From positions 14,840-78,839 of the forward strand of contig NW_021833286.1 of assembly GCF_006345805.1 (NCBI RefSeq): DNA of 64,000 nucleotides, written 5' to 3'. Positions within the stretch are counted from its first letter, which is position 1, and each line of letters starts with the position of its first letter. Source of the stretch: Octopus sinensis. Taxonomy: Eukaryota. The notes below the pieces were generated by a model. It searched no databases. It was not told the DNA's origin and saw only the letters and a program-made list of their open reading frames with translations. Both the position numbers and the translations under genes were made by a program. Of this stretch, positions 15,081 through 31,850 are shown one piece after another.

Positions 15081-15597
15081 GAAACCTCGATGAAGCTATA
15101 TGATGTCAAACAAGCAGTGAACTACGAGTGCATTGCCTCTTATAACAGAAACAGCAGTAAGCTAATGAAGTTCACGACATCATTTCGAATTTCCCGTGAC
15201 ATTTTAATTCATCGACTGACGCTTTTATTCTGAAGCATTTGTATACTGAGATTTAATATCAGGTTATTAGTATCGCTATGACTAAACGAAATACTACTAC
15301 AACAACAACAAAAACAAAGTAACCACAACAATAATAATAATAATAATACATACGCTTGTTACCAGCTAGGATACACTTGAAGCATATTCGAGCCAGTGAG
15401 GAAGCTGTTCACTGTATTTTTGTCAGGGAGAAAGTTTTTGCTACAGATAAATTTGTGTAAACATACAGAGTCAGCTCAAAGTACCCTCCTAACAAAACTG
15501 ATGGAGGCCATCATTTGGGAGTGTTTATCTATTCCTTAGTGTTAGATACCGGAAAAGAAAGCATTACTAACTGACAAGACATTGAGCTCTCTTATTA

Positions 15598-16139
15598 TTG
15601 GGTTGTCCGGAAAGTTCGTGCCGATTCTTAGAGGAAAGAAAAAGGTCAATAAATACTTGCCATTACATTTTTAATGAACCAAATATGAAACATTTTGTTG
15701 CACAATGCGTCTCCATCTTTCCTTTAACTCGAAAATACCCTCTTCCCAGAATTGAGGTGGCAAAGAATTCATCATATGTCATCCAAGGAATTGAAATTTT
15801 TACCCTTAAGACTATATTGCAGAGACATGGATTAGTGGAAATCCGAAGGAGCAATATCTGGTGAATATGGAGGGTTGAGGTAACACATCCCAGTCGAGCT
15901 GCAGCAATTTTTGTCTGGTTCCCAAACCATCAAGTGCCAAAAACGAACTTTCTTATCTTCCATTTTAAAGGATTACAGAATTAAGACAGGTTATAAGAAC
16001 ATAAACCTTCTTCCACGAAAAGATAGCTTAAACTGTGCTCTAAATGGGTGTAGATAAATCCTATTTTATGGACTCAACCATGTTCTTAAGTCAAGATGTA
16101 AGCTACTATAAATCGGCACGAACTTTCCGGACAACATAA
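15598..16139 (-). mobile_element. Internally deleted mariner with both TIRs and TA target-site duplication
   Basis: ttgggttgtccggaaagttcgtgccgatt (15598) is inverted to aatcggcacgaactttccggacaacataa (16111-16139); TA on both sides; minus-strand PPYSPDIAPSDFH motif. Confidence 0.9.
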
Positions 16140-16764
16140 TATATTCTCGTCATCGTATTGTGACTGGCTACGCTACTTGGAGGCTCACCCATAAATAAAA
16201 TTCAGAATAGAAGCGCTAAGCAGTGATAAATATAAATGCAAACTTGTTACTGGCTGAAGTATACTTGAAGCATATTCGAACTCGTAAGGAAGTCAGCCAC
16301 TGTAACTTTTTTCATGCAGAAAGTTTCTTGCTGTAGAAAAATAAATATAAACGCACCAAGTCAGTCACAGTATTTATGGATTCAGTTTTGTTTGTAAGCT
16401 GCTGAAAATGACACATCACTTTGGGTATGCATTCGTACACTGATTGAAATGACGGTAGGGTCTAAAGAACTTGTTTAAACAATCACCTAAGGAGACGCAT
16501 TTTACACCTTACATGGATGAAAATAATTAGAGAACATCTCACCAACGAAGTGCATGTGTAGAATGTATTTAAAAATGTCATTAATTCCATTTTCTATCAT
16601 TTATCTATTTATATAAACTCCACAGATACAAAGGAATTCCTGAGAGCATTGCCACTCTATGATGACGTCATGCAGCCAATAACTGTGGACGAGATTAGCA
16701 TTTTGCAAGGGTTTTAATCGCGTCTTATTTAACCACTGACACACACACGCACGCTCACACACAC

Positions 16765-16826
<62 letters not shown>

Positions 16827-16837
16827 TACACACACAT

Positions 16838-17130
16838 GGAGGCGCATGGCCTAGTGGTTAGAGCAGCGGACTCGCGGTCGAGAGATCTCGGGTTCGAATC
16901 TCAGACCGGGTGGTGTTTATGAGCGAAACACCTAAGCTCCACGCGGTTCCGGCAGAAGGTAATGGAAAACTTCTGTTGACTCTTTCGCCACAACTTTCTC
17001 TCATTCTTTCCTCCTGCATCTAGCAGCTCACCTGCGACGGACCGGCGTCCCGTCCAGGTGGGGAACCTATACGCCAAGGAGACCGGGAAACCGGCCCTTA
17101 TGAGCCACGCATGGCTCGAGAAGGAACAAA
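16838..17130 (+). mobile_element. tRNA-derived SINE (family A head, distinct tail)
   Basis: A box tggcctagtggttag and B box ggttcgaatc; head shared with the copies at 30045, 34297, 38028 and 63711. Confidence 0.85.
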
Positions 17131-17271
17131 ATACACACAGATGATTAATACAATTAATATACGCAAGTATTTTAGAAAATTATTAAGGTGCTTAACTTCT
17201 GAGTTACGATGGGAATATTGTCCAGAAGATTTATAGAGACATCAGTTCATAGGGATACAATAATGTGCGTA

Positions 17272-17312
<41 letters not shown>

Positions 17313-17473
17313 GCGTGTGTCTATTCTAGGTCAGCAGAATTGGCCTGATCACTGCCCATCTGCTCGTCTTGGTTTCTATCTTAAGCCTTCTCTCTCTTCT
17401 TGCTACATAACTATACATACATACACACACACATACATACATACATACATACATACATACATACATACATACA

Positions 17474-17504
<31 letters not shown>

Positions 17505-17692
17505 CGTAAAGACTTTAAAACAGCTTCGAACAAATTCAAATATTGGCTACATTTATCTTGTCGCTCAGTTGATACGTTTTTAATCGGAGACGTGTACGAT
17601 TTATGTTTTCCCATAATCATGTGACAAACATTTTAATTGGTTGAGTAGGTGTTCGTGCTGTGCTTCGTCCTATGGTGTAAACGGCTACTGTT

Positions 17693-17732
<40 letters not shown>

Positions 17733-17966
17733 CACATACACACGTGACACTGCTCTGGAGTTATCCATCATTTACTAAATACTGAAGGAAATAGTGGGAG
17801 GTTAAAGAGTCTGGTTTCATTTATCATATATAATCGATCACGAACACTGATTAAAGCCGTGTTTAAAAAAAAATTATATTTACTTTAATGCAGACACACT
17901 CATATATTATATATATATATATATATATCTACTTTAATATATTATATCTACTTTAATGCAGACACA

Positions 17967-18018
<52 letters not shown>

Positions 18019-18122
18019 GTAGGTCCCGGGTTGATTCGGGGTTAACCACAGTAAATAAGGTACTCAATACATAGCAGAGTAAAATTAATTTATTATATAG
18101 AAGGAGCTTCTACATGATTTCT

Positions 18123-18175
18123 GAGCTTCCTGATGATTTCTCTTGAATGAAACAGTTCTAGTCCTGTAGAAGCTC
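18123..18175 (+). ncRNA. Type I hammerhead ribozyme motif
   Basis: Stem I GAGCTTC/GAAGCTC; core CTGATGA (18130-36); weak stem II TTTC-TCTT-GAAT; GAAA (18149-52); stem III ACAG/CTGT; GUA cleavage triplet ending at 18168. Confidence 0.7.
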
Positions 18176-18185
18176 CTTCTATATA

Positions 18186-18270
<85 letters not shown>

Positions 18271-18272
18271 CA

Positions 18273-18313
<41 letters not shown>

Positions 18314-18551
18314 TTATATATACATATATATATATATAAATACATATATATATATATATAATATATTATACATATATGTGTGTGTGTATGTTTACACTTT
18401 GTGTAATATATTGTAGTAAAATTATGTATATGTATTTATACAACGACCTATACACAAAAAGTCATGCTCCTATACGTACACACGCATGTCCATACACACA
18501 CACAGATATATATACATACATACATACATACATATAGACATACACACATGC

Positions 18552-18607
<56 letters not shown>

Positions 18608-18872
18608 GGAAACACAAACACACACGCGCAGAACTATGTGGCGAGATGAGTAAGACAATAAAAGAAAGGATAATTAATAAAGCTGAGAGTGACAGAAACA
18701 GAAGACAGAGCTGCGTTGACGAAATGAAAAGGAAGGCTTAGAAACATGAGGCAATGTGAAAGAGTAAGAGGGAACGGTGTGAGGTTGTACTGAGTAGGGG
18801 TTATAGGATGTGAAATGATCTATGTATGTATGTATGTATGTATGTATGTATGTATGTATGTATGTATGTGTG

Positions 18873-18906
<34 letters not shown>

Positions 18907-18928
18907 ATCCAGTCTATCTTTCTATCTT

Positions 18929-19029
<101 letters not shown>

Positions 19030-19269
19030 ATATATATATATATATTATAATATAGATGCATACATACATACATCAAAGTAGCTGCGAATTTCTGGAGAAT
19101 TCTTCAGAGACATGTAGAAAGAACGAATATTGAAGCCCGTCCAATAAATTTATATTTATGCCTCAGCATTGTTTAATACTTATTTCGTGCAAATGCCAAC
19201 ACGATCAGCCGAAAAGCCATAAACGTGTAGTTCGAATCCTGATATCCTCGTTTTGTTCCCTTTTTACTT

Positions 19270-19850
19270 CTATTCAACGGTTGGTCAAAAAGTTCAGAGG
19301 ATGACCAAGAAACTCTCATGACGCTTATTACGAATCGTCTCCCATTGTGACCGACACACTTCTTCCAGCGGTGTTACCTTTCCAGGATCCCCCTGATGAT
19401 AATGCTTTCATCCAGTTATTCCCAAAATTCCTCAATAACAGATATGACATCATCGTCACAGCCATGCTGGTTCCCAGCCCAATATTTTTTCTGTTAAAAT
19501 TGAGATAAAATTCAGATGAGGCCAAGTCTGGAGAATAAGGAGGGTGATCAACCAGTTCAAAGTGACGGTCACGCTCAGAAGCCTTTGAAAGCAAGTGCTC
19601 TGTGCTGGAGCATTGCCCTGGTGAATTAAGACCCCTTTTATCAGTTTTCTTGGCCTTTTGTTTTCATAGCGTTTCGTAACTGCTTCAGCAAGTTGGCACA
19701 GCATTCCCCATCGATGGTGTAGTCCTTTTGAAGATAATAAACACAATGCCTTTTGCACCCCAAAAAGTCGAGGCCATCACCTTTCCAGCAAATGAAATGA
19801 CCGTGGCCTTTTTTGGTGCAGGTGAGCAGGGGTGTGACCAAAACATGGCT
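19270..19850 (-). mobile_element. Mariner transposase 3' half (decayed)
   Basis: GVLIHQGNAPAQ and HFELVDHPPYSPDLASSEFYL on the minus strand. Boundaries approximate. Confidence 0.8.
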
Positions 19851-19854
19851 TGAC

Positions 19855-20190
19855 AGTGCAAAAGTGGGCAGCTGTATTTAGGAGGGTCTTAAAAACGACC
19901 TAACGTTTGAATGTCCGGCAACTGCCACTGCTGAGGAGAACATCGATCATGTTCACCACATAGAGATGCATGACTGGCAATTGACTATAAATCAAGTAGC
20001 CAATGCTATTTGCATATCCTGGGGGAGAGTTGATAATATTCTGCACCATGAACTTGACATGACGAAGGATTTTGATCAGCGGGTGCCATCTTATCAAAAG
20101 CGCAACAGGGCGATCACAACACGGCAAAATTTGATGTTGTTTGAAGCAGACCCATTTGGTTTTCTTGAACGTTTCGGAAGCCAGGTATGA
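19855..20190 (+). mobile_element. Mariner transposase 5' part (decayed), opposite orientation to the adjacent fragment
   Basis: HDWQLTINQVANAICISWGRVDNILHHELDMTK..RVP resembles the mariner second HTH/WVP region. Confidence 0.7.
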
Positions 20191-20401
20191 GTGTTATCTT
20201 CATACCTGGCTTCCGAAACATGGCACAGACAATCACACACACACACGTGTGTGCAAACGTGGCCGTGTGCGCCCATGTACAGTTGCGAACGCTTGCATCA
20301 ATACACAGATGCGCGCAAAATCATAGGAATGTGTCTACACACCCACATATAGAACAAAATTTGTTTGGTGCTCTTCTTTCGTTTGTCCACTCACTCGTAT
20401 C

Positions 20402-20472
<71 letters not shown>

Positions 20473-21809
20473 ACACACACATATATTTCTGTATTGATGT
20501 ATGTATTTCTGTGTGTTTGTACGTGTATGCGTGCGTCTGTATTTGTGTGTGTATAATGTTATAATAAAACCCATAATTTTTATCGAAACAAATTTCAATT
20601 TTTAATGCTGAGAACAAGACCGTTTGTCAGCTGTTTTTTAAGCAGATGACGTTTAAACAAGGGACAAGGGGTGTATAATGAAGAAGATAAAAAGAAAATA
20701 TAAACGAGATAACGAACATTATAATAAACAATGTCAAAAGACATAAAAATAAGTTGTTTATGGTTCACTATGTGTCTGGTGGACTGTTTTTAATTACCAC
20801 CGAGACGTATTTCTTAAAATATGAACATATAGAAAAAATTTCCTTTCTGGAATTTAAGTAGTCGTTGGATGGTTTTAAGTTCTTTAAGGGACATAATTTT
20901 CCAAAAGAACATACTGAATATCTTTTATTCAGATGTTATTCTCTTGAAAAACTATATCTCTTATAAAACTTGAGAGCTTAGTCGATACAACGACACTAGT
21001 ACTCAATCGGTAGTTGTTTTATCGACCCACAAATTGTGAAGGTTAAAGTCGATCTCAGTGTCATTTGAACTCATAACATAAAGATGAGCGAAATGTCGCT
21101 AAACATCTCACCTGGCGAGCTAATGGTTCTGCTAGAAATGATGGACGCAAGTTTATACTAGTGTGTCTACGCGCGTTTCACCACTGCAGTTGTTTAGGGA
21201 CTTGCAAAAGGTTTTTCAATGGGCAATTTTGTACTCAAATACAACGGATCACCAGGCAACACTATATTGCTTTTAGTTGCAGATAACTATATATAAAGAG
21301 TCTTTGGTCATGGGTGAATGAAAAAACAACAAAAACAAAATGAAAATAATAAACGAAAGAGAAATAGGATCCTCTTTTCTCTCCTCTTCTTTTTTTTTTC
21401 GCTGAATGTTTTATAATCAGCTTAATACAGAAAGACCAGATTTCCACTAATGTCAATGAATGGGATGAGGGAAAAATTTAGATGAATGAAAAAATAGATA
21501 AAATCTACCAAAAGTAAAATAAAAAAGCCGAATTGCATGATTTGAATATATAACGGGTCAAGTAAACATAGATGACTTATAGGAATTATGTTAAATTAAA
21601 TAAACAGAGAATCACGAAGTCTATAGATTTGATGAGTGTGCAACATGTAATGTTGGTGAGAGTTAAAGAAGCCGAGTTAAAGAAACAAAATTGAGTTGTT
21701 TTGCTTTCTGAATATAAATGGACGAATATAGAGTTATGCGTGACTATGACTTCTCTTAGTATTGTTTAAAACATTATTGTCAGCTGTTTTGTGCATGTTT
21801 CAATGAGTG

Positions 21810-21841
<32 letters not shown>

Positions 21842-22248
21842 TGTATGTTTGTATATATATATATATATACTTATATATATGCATATACATACATATATAT
21901 ATATATATGTATATATATATGCATATATATATATGTGTATATATATGTATATGTATATACATATATATATATGTATATATATATGTGTATATATATATAT
22001 GTATATATATATGTGTGTGCGTGTGTGTGCGTGTGTGTATGTATGTATGTATGTATATATGTATGCATATATTTGTGCATATCTATCAACTTATGTATAT
22101 GTGTCTCTCTCTCTATATATATACACGCACACATACACATACACACACATACGTGCACACACATACACACAAATTGTGGCTTGTTTATTTCCTCTTTTTC
22201 TTCTCTTTTACCGATAACGTTACTGTTGGTGCTTTCATATCTAGAAAA

Positions 22249-22463
22249 TGTGTGTGTGTGAGTATGTGAGTATAAGTGTTTCTGTGTTTGCGTGTGTGTG
22301 ATTGTGTGTGTGAGTATGTGAGTATAAGTGTTTGTGTGTTTGCGTGTGTGTGATTGTGTGTGTGAGTATGTGAGTATAAGTGTTTCTGTGTTTGCGTGTG
22401 TGTGATTGTGTGTGTGAGTATGTGAGTATAAGTGTTTGTGTGTTTGCGTGTGTGTGATTGTGT
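22249..22463. repeat. 52-bp minisatellite, about 4 copies
   Basis: agtatgtgagtataagtg recurs at 22261, 22313, 22365 and 22417. Confidence 0.9.
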
Positions 22464-23457
22464 GCGTATAGGTGTGATTTACGTTGGGGATATTTCTCTA
22501 TAAATGTGTGAGTACGTATATGTGTTTTCGATATATCGGTTGCATAATGTTGTAGTTGTTAATGTGACATCCTTCATAACGTATTCGAAGTAATTTTCAT
22601 CGATTCAGACTGAGAAAATCTAACAAAAATACAAAGTGAGTAAAAAAACAAACAGAAAAACGATACCTGGATTAATTCCTCGTATACAAAACTGGCAGAC
22701 CAAGATTACAAGATTTATACCTCAGAGCAATTGCATTACGAATATAGCTTTCAGCTAGTTTTTACCAGAATAAAGAAACCTATATACAGCGACTTCTTAC
22801 TACGACCATCACTTGCGATGGATTAGTTACATGCACCGTGATTTTACTAGGTTTTTAGGGGCCAGTGTAGCAGCGAATAAATATAAGTACCTTTTCGGTG
22901 TTCCCATTCTTAGCACGGTGTCACGTTCAAAATGTGACATTTGGAGGGAGAAAGGACTGCTCCGGCACAGATCTGATATATTGTGTATTGAACGTTATAT
23001 CTTTTGTCTTTCATCTACGATATGGGAATATAAACACAAAGACACCAACTGTCAAGCGGTTGTTGAGGGCATAGACACAAAGACTTACACACATACGCGC
23101 ACATATATTGTTAGAATGCTGAACATTGCATTATTTGCCTTGCGAGGACCTCTCATATGGACGCATGTTGCATAAAAGCACACATATTTACATCTCTGGG
23201 AGACGGTTCTGGTCTGCTGCAGGCGCCGGAACTTTTAGCTCGCGTGATTTTGACGTACTCTGTCTCCTCAGTGGCAGACATCAAGTAGCCGCATACCAAC
23301 CGAATCTTAATACCAACGATATATGGAATTTCGTGGCCGATATAGATATACATATGACAGGTCCGCTCAAGGGAAATAACGCAATATAAAGTTGAATATA
23401 AGGATTGTCTTTTGGTGTATTAATATTGCTTCTGCCTCTATATACATAAATACTTAC

Positions 23458-23488
<31 letters not shown>

Positions 23489-25087
23489 GTGTGTTTGTTT
23501 GTGTCTGTGTGTGTGTGTACATATATACACATAATATATATGTACATGTATAATGTACGACAGGCTTCTTTCAGTTTCCATCTACCAAATATGTTCACAA
23601 GACTTTGGTTTGCCCAAGGTTATAGCAAAGGAATCTTGCTGAAGGTGACACACAGACAGTTGGATTGAACCCAGAACCATGTTGCTGAGAAGTAAACTTG
23701 TTGCTACACGGGCACACCTGCATCTTATGTTTATGCATTCTTTCCTCTGTTATTTTACTTTCTACAATCATTGAACTATGGCCATGCTGGGGCACCAACT
23801 TGGAAAGATCAGTCGATGGAACTTATGCCGGTACGTTTTTCTAACAGATGGCCCTCACTTTTTATAAGTTGTCGCTTTTTATTAAGTTAGAGCTGCGTAA
23901 AGAAAGTAAAGCCGTTTGCCGAGCAGCAACGTACACAGACCTTCACGTGGACACATACATGCGCGCACAGATTCGCTCATATAAACATTACATACACAAC
24001 ACAAACATACGCACACACGCATTTACACACTCTTACATCTGCTTAATCCAGTACTCCAAAATTGTATGTAGATCTTATATTTGTGGGCATAAAAACTGAA
24101 AAATACCAGAAAAAATATTTCTGAATATTAACTACATATAAAAACCGAAGATTGAAAAAAGAATGGATATTGTTTGTTCACTATTACACGTGTTCCATTT
24201 ACTAATGGGAGTCACAAAACTAAGGTGTCTCCGATCAGAAATTCTATACAGAATCAAATAATTTGATTTTACAGCTTCTGAGTTTGAAAAACTGATTGCC
24301 ACTGATAAGGAAATCTGGACCAAGGGATCATCATGCGAGGAAACGATGGTGACAGGAGGGAGAAACTGGGTGAGAGAGGAATGGAATGAGGAAAAGAAGC
24401 AATCGAATTTGATAGTTAGGGGACGAGAACAGATGAAACTGAGAGGAAATTTGAAGGAGAAGAAATGATTTATTGAATTAAGTTGTGGTGTAAGAGTAGA
24501 AGAAAAAACGTTCATTTAAATCTGTTGTTGGTCATGCTGCCAAATTCGAATAGGAGCCAATTCTCTATCCATTTCTTTGAAAATGTCGATCTATGGTTTG
24601 GTGAGACGCAGTACAATGATAAGTGAGCGATGGAATGTCCTGCTATGTTAAAATGGATGGCGATAGCTTGTCTTGGAATAAGGAATAGTAAAATTTGAAT
24701 GTATTCCCGCCAAACAAATTCACTTATAAGATATTAATCGACTTGGTATCATAATGGAAAACACTAGCGCAAAATGCTAGACTGCGGCACTGAAGCCGGA
24801 ACTATGAGAATGAGAAGCCTAGCCTATCCTTTTGAGAGCATCCTTGTTTCAGGTGAAGTGCTATACAAGCTCGTCTGACTACAGTATTATCTGAACGGGA
24901 AACCATAGTAGCTTACATTTAAATTCTGTGTTTATTAAATAATATTTATAATCTTGCTGGGATGGACTGCTTTTTTGGTTGGTTCTACCAATAACACAAC
25001 ACTATCCCCATAGTAATAATAATAATTATGATGATATTAATAATAAGAACAACAACAGGAACAACAACAACAGTAATAATAATAATG

Positions 25088-25251
25088 GTCCCCACTTGCA
25101 AGGTTATGCACTGCTTATCTTGATGTGAGATCACTATATCACTCACATGTGCCTAGTGTACCCTTCTCAGACGGGTAGTCATGATGGGTATACTGGGTTT
25201 CGTATATTTTATCCCAGTGTCACTTTGATGGCATGCATTGCTCTCTCACTC
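25088..25251 (+). mobile_element. Short retroelement-like 3' fragment embedded in (AAT)n
   Basis: Unique sequence bounded by AAT-rich repeats and ending ctctctcactc+(aat)n; no coding motif seen. Confidence 0.4.
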
Positions 25252-25472
<221 letters not shown>

Positions 25473-26239
25473 GACTCAAAGCAGAAACAGAGGGATTTTT
25501 AATTGCAGCACAAGACCAAAGCCTCCCCACCAGAAATTACCAAAAACATGTAATGAAAAGAAATATTACAAGTAACTGCAGAATATGTGGAGATGGACAA
25601 GAAACAATAAATCATATTATCTCTAGCTGCCCAGTCTTGGCTAAGAAGGAATATATTCACAGACATGACAGAGTTGGAACCTACATACATTGGAAGCTAT
25701 GCCAACATTATGGAATAACAACAGAAAAAAGATGGTATAGGCACACACCAGAAAAGGTCACAGAAAACGAGAAAGCAACCATACTCTGGGATATGCCGAT
25801 ACACACAGATAGAGAAATTAAGGCCAACAGACCAGATATAGTTGTCAGAGATCATGAAAAAAAAAAAGTTTTCTAATTGATGTATCAATACCGGCAGATG
25901 ACAACGTGTCTCTAAAAGAAATGGAGAAACTCTCAAAATACAAAGACCTGGAAATAGAGGTAACTAGAATGTGGAACCTGAAAACAGAAACAATTCCTAT
26001 CATAGTATGTGCATTAGGCATGATAAAAAAATATTCAGACAAATACATAACAAAAACACCAGGACTTACAAACACATATAACATACAGAAAATTGCACTA
26101 CTAGGCACTGCACACATCCTACGCAGAACACTTTCCATACAATAACCACCAGAGCATCACAACAAATCACAGCACATACCCAAGGCACACAGAGCTGCGC
26201 TCGGTAGTGAAGTGAAAGCACGCTATAAAAATAAAACTA

Positions 26240-26242
<3 letters not shown>
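25473..26242 (+). mobile_element. 5'-truncated Dong/R4-clade non-LTR retrotransposon (CCHC finger plus restriction-like endonuclease)
   Basis: EGFLIAAQDQ, CRICGDGQETINHIISSC, RHD, NRPDIVV..IDVSIP and KLSKYKDL motifs; one frameshift in the A-run near 25860; (TAA)n on both sides, the known Dong target. Confidence 0.9.
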
Positions 26243-26307
<65 letters not shown>

Positions 26308-26429
26308 TAATAAAAATAATAATAATAATAATAATAATCACCAACTAAAGTAATATTATGGAAACAATAACAGCAATAATATATATGTATATATCATATA
26401 TTATATCTATCTATCTGTCTGTCTGTCTC

Positions 26430-28921
<2,492 letters not shown>

Positions 28922-28931
28922 TATATATATA

Positions 28932-29011
<80 letters not shown>

Positions 29012-29504
29012 GGATAGATAGATAATTGTTCGATGTGCGAACAATTACCATCGATTTTCATGTTAAACGTAAAATCCTTGGTTTTCGCCATTTCCTCTCC
29101 GATTACCGACATCGAGAAACTAGAGCACACATCTATACATTAGTAACACGATACACTCTAACAATAGGGCAACAGCTAATTAACGCTCGTTTCTAAGTGT
29201 TCACATGCGTTGTACTTGTATTGAATTTTGACAACAACGACTTTTCTGTATCTGTGTATGCTTTGTAGCAGATAGGAGCCTTTGCTAAGATGATACCATA
29301 CAAGTGATGCGATCACTTTTCTTAGGTGATGAATAAAATAGCTTCCTTTATGTCAGGTTTCCGGAAACGTCAGCGTCAGATTTTCTTCTGCAGAAATGCT
29401 TTACGATACATGCAAAGAAATATGCCTTTCTGATCTTGTATTTATTTCTTTATTCATTTATTCATTTTACATTATTCTATTCTGTAGTTTCTTGTTTATC
29501 AGGT

Positions 29505-29518
29505 GTTGCCATAGCAAC
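29505..29518. promoter_or_regulatory. RFX X-box motif
   Basis: GTTGCCATAGCAAC matches the X-box consensus GTNRCC(N0-3)RGYAAC; ETS-like TTCCGGAA and CRE-half ACGTCA motifs lie about 140 bp upstream. Confidence 0.5.
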
Positions 29519-29536
29519 AGTCACTTAAGTTCTTCA

Positions 29537-29665
29537 ATGTCATTCCAATCCGTAGAAGCGGAATTCCTCAAACGATGTTACCAAAGAAAATATAACTGTG
29601 ATAAGATTTTTCTAAAAATTCATATTACACAAGTGAACGCCTTCTTCATGAAGAATAATATACAG
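29537..29665 (+). CDS. Candidate first coding exon of an unidentified host gene (43 codons)
   Basis: ATG 18 nt downstream of the X-box; MSFQSVEAEFLKRCYQRKYNCDKIFLKIHITQVNAFFMKNNIQ ends in phase 0 at CAG|GCAAGT (GC-AG donor consensus). No homology recognised. Confidence 0.3.
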
Positions 29666-29915
29666 GCAAGTCAACAAGTATAGGTTAACGTACTTAACGT
29701 GGTGTATCTTGAAGTACATTTAATCAGTTGAAATAACATCCATAATGAAGAGAAATACCATTTTAGCGTTAATGACAAATGATGTTTAGAACCGGCACAA
29801 GGGAGGCAACACTGAAAACTGTAATGAAAAACAAAGAAAACGTGCACTATTCTATAACAACCACAGGTAAAATGTATTTTGCAGTATGCATGTGCCCAAG
29901 CATATATACATACAT

Positions 29916-30351
<436 letters not shown>

Positions 30352-30373
30352 ACACACATATATATACATATAC

Positions 30374-30408
<35 letters not shown>

Positions 30409-30413
30409 CATGC

Positions 30414-30462
<49 letters not shown>

Positions 30463-31850
30463 CCCACACACTCGCATGCATCCCTACCCACATACATACA
30501 CGCACACCTACTCACACACACACATACACACACATACCTGCACACACACACACACAGACATACACCCATACACTCACACTCACACGCATACACACACACA
30601 CTTACATTCATACACACACACACCTACACAGCCATACCCTCACTCAGACACACACATCTACCTACACACACACACAAACACACACGGACACACACCCATA
30701 CATACATACATCTACACACACACGCCTACACACAAACATACACACATACATAAACACACACACATACACATATACACACATATGCACACACACATATACT
30801 TATACACATGCACACACACACATACATACATACACCCATATACATACCACACACATACCCACATACTCCTATACGCACATACTACACACAGACATACACA
30901 CATACACACTCACACAAACATACACACACAATACACACACACACTCACCTGCACGCGCACACACATGCATGACAAACACCCATACACTCACACTCACATA
31001 CGCACACACCAACATAAACACGCACACGCACACGCACACACACACCTACACTCCCACACACATACACACGCACCTACATACACACACGCACGCATACACA
31101 CGCATACACACATACATTACACACGTACACACACCTACATACACATGCATACACACACACACACAAACATGCACGGACACACCCAGACATACACACATAC
31201 ACCTATATACACACGCCCACACACCTACATACACACACATATACACACGCCCACACACCTACATACACACACATACATACACACACATACACGGAAACAC
31301 CCATACATACTTACATACATACACCTATACACACACGCCTACACACCTACATACACACACATGCATACACACACACACATGTACGCACACACACACATAT
31401 ACGCACATACATATATACCCACACACATGCACACACACACACACATACGCACATGCATGCATGCATGCACACGCGCACACCTACACGCATACACACACAC
31501 ACACGCACGTACACATACATACATACACACACGCATACATACACCCATACACATACATGCATCCTACACACACATACATACACACTCACACATACATACA
31601 CACACACACACTCACTCACACACCTGTATGTACGCGCACACACATGCACATACACACACTTCCCCACACCCACACGTACATACATACACACTCACACACA
31701 TACACACACATACACACACACACGGACATACATCTATGCACACACATACATACACACATACTCACATACATTCATCGGACACACTGCCACCCGGACATAC
31801 ACACAGACACACTCACACATCCACACACATACATACTTACGCACATACTC
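30352..31850. repeat. Long degenerate (TA)/(CA)/(CATA) low-complexity tract
   Basis: Source of the spurious 643-aa and 559-aa His/Thr ORFs. Confidence 0.95.

Noticed and set aside
16838-16915. tRNA-like sequences at SINE heads
   Set aside because: They continue into shared SINE bodies and I could not fold a complete cloverleaf; not tRNA genes.
21780-22269. Numerous YI/CV/HT/LSIY ORFs here and throughout the window
   Set aside because: Microsatellite translations.
24132-24720. 127-aa minus-strand ORF, possibly an old LINE tail
   Set aside because: Compositionally biased; no diagnostic motif could be confirmed.
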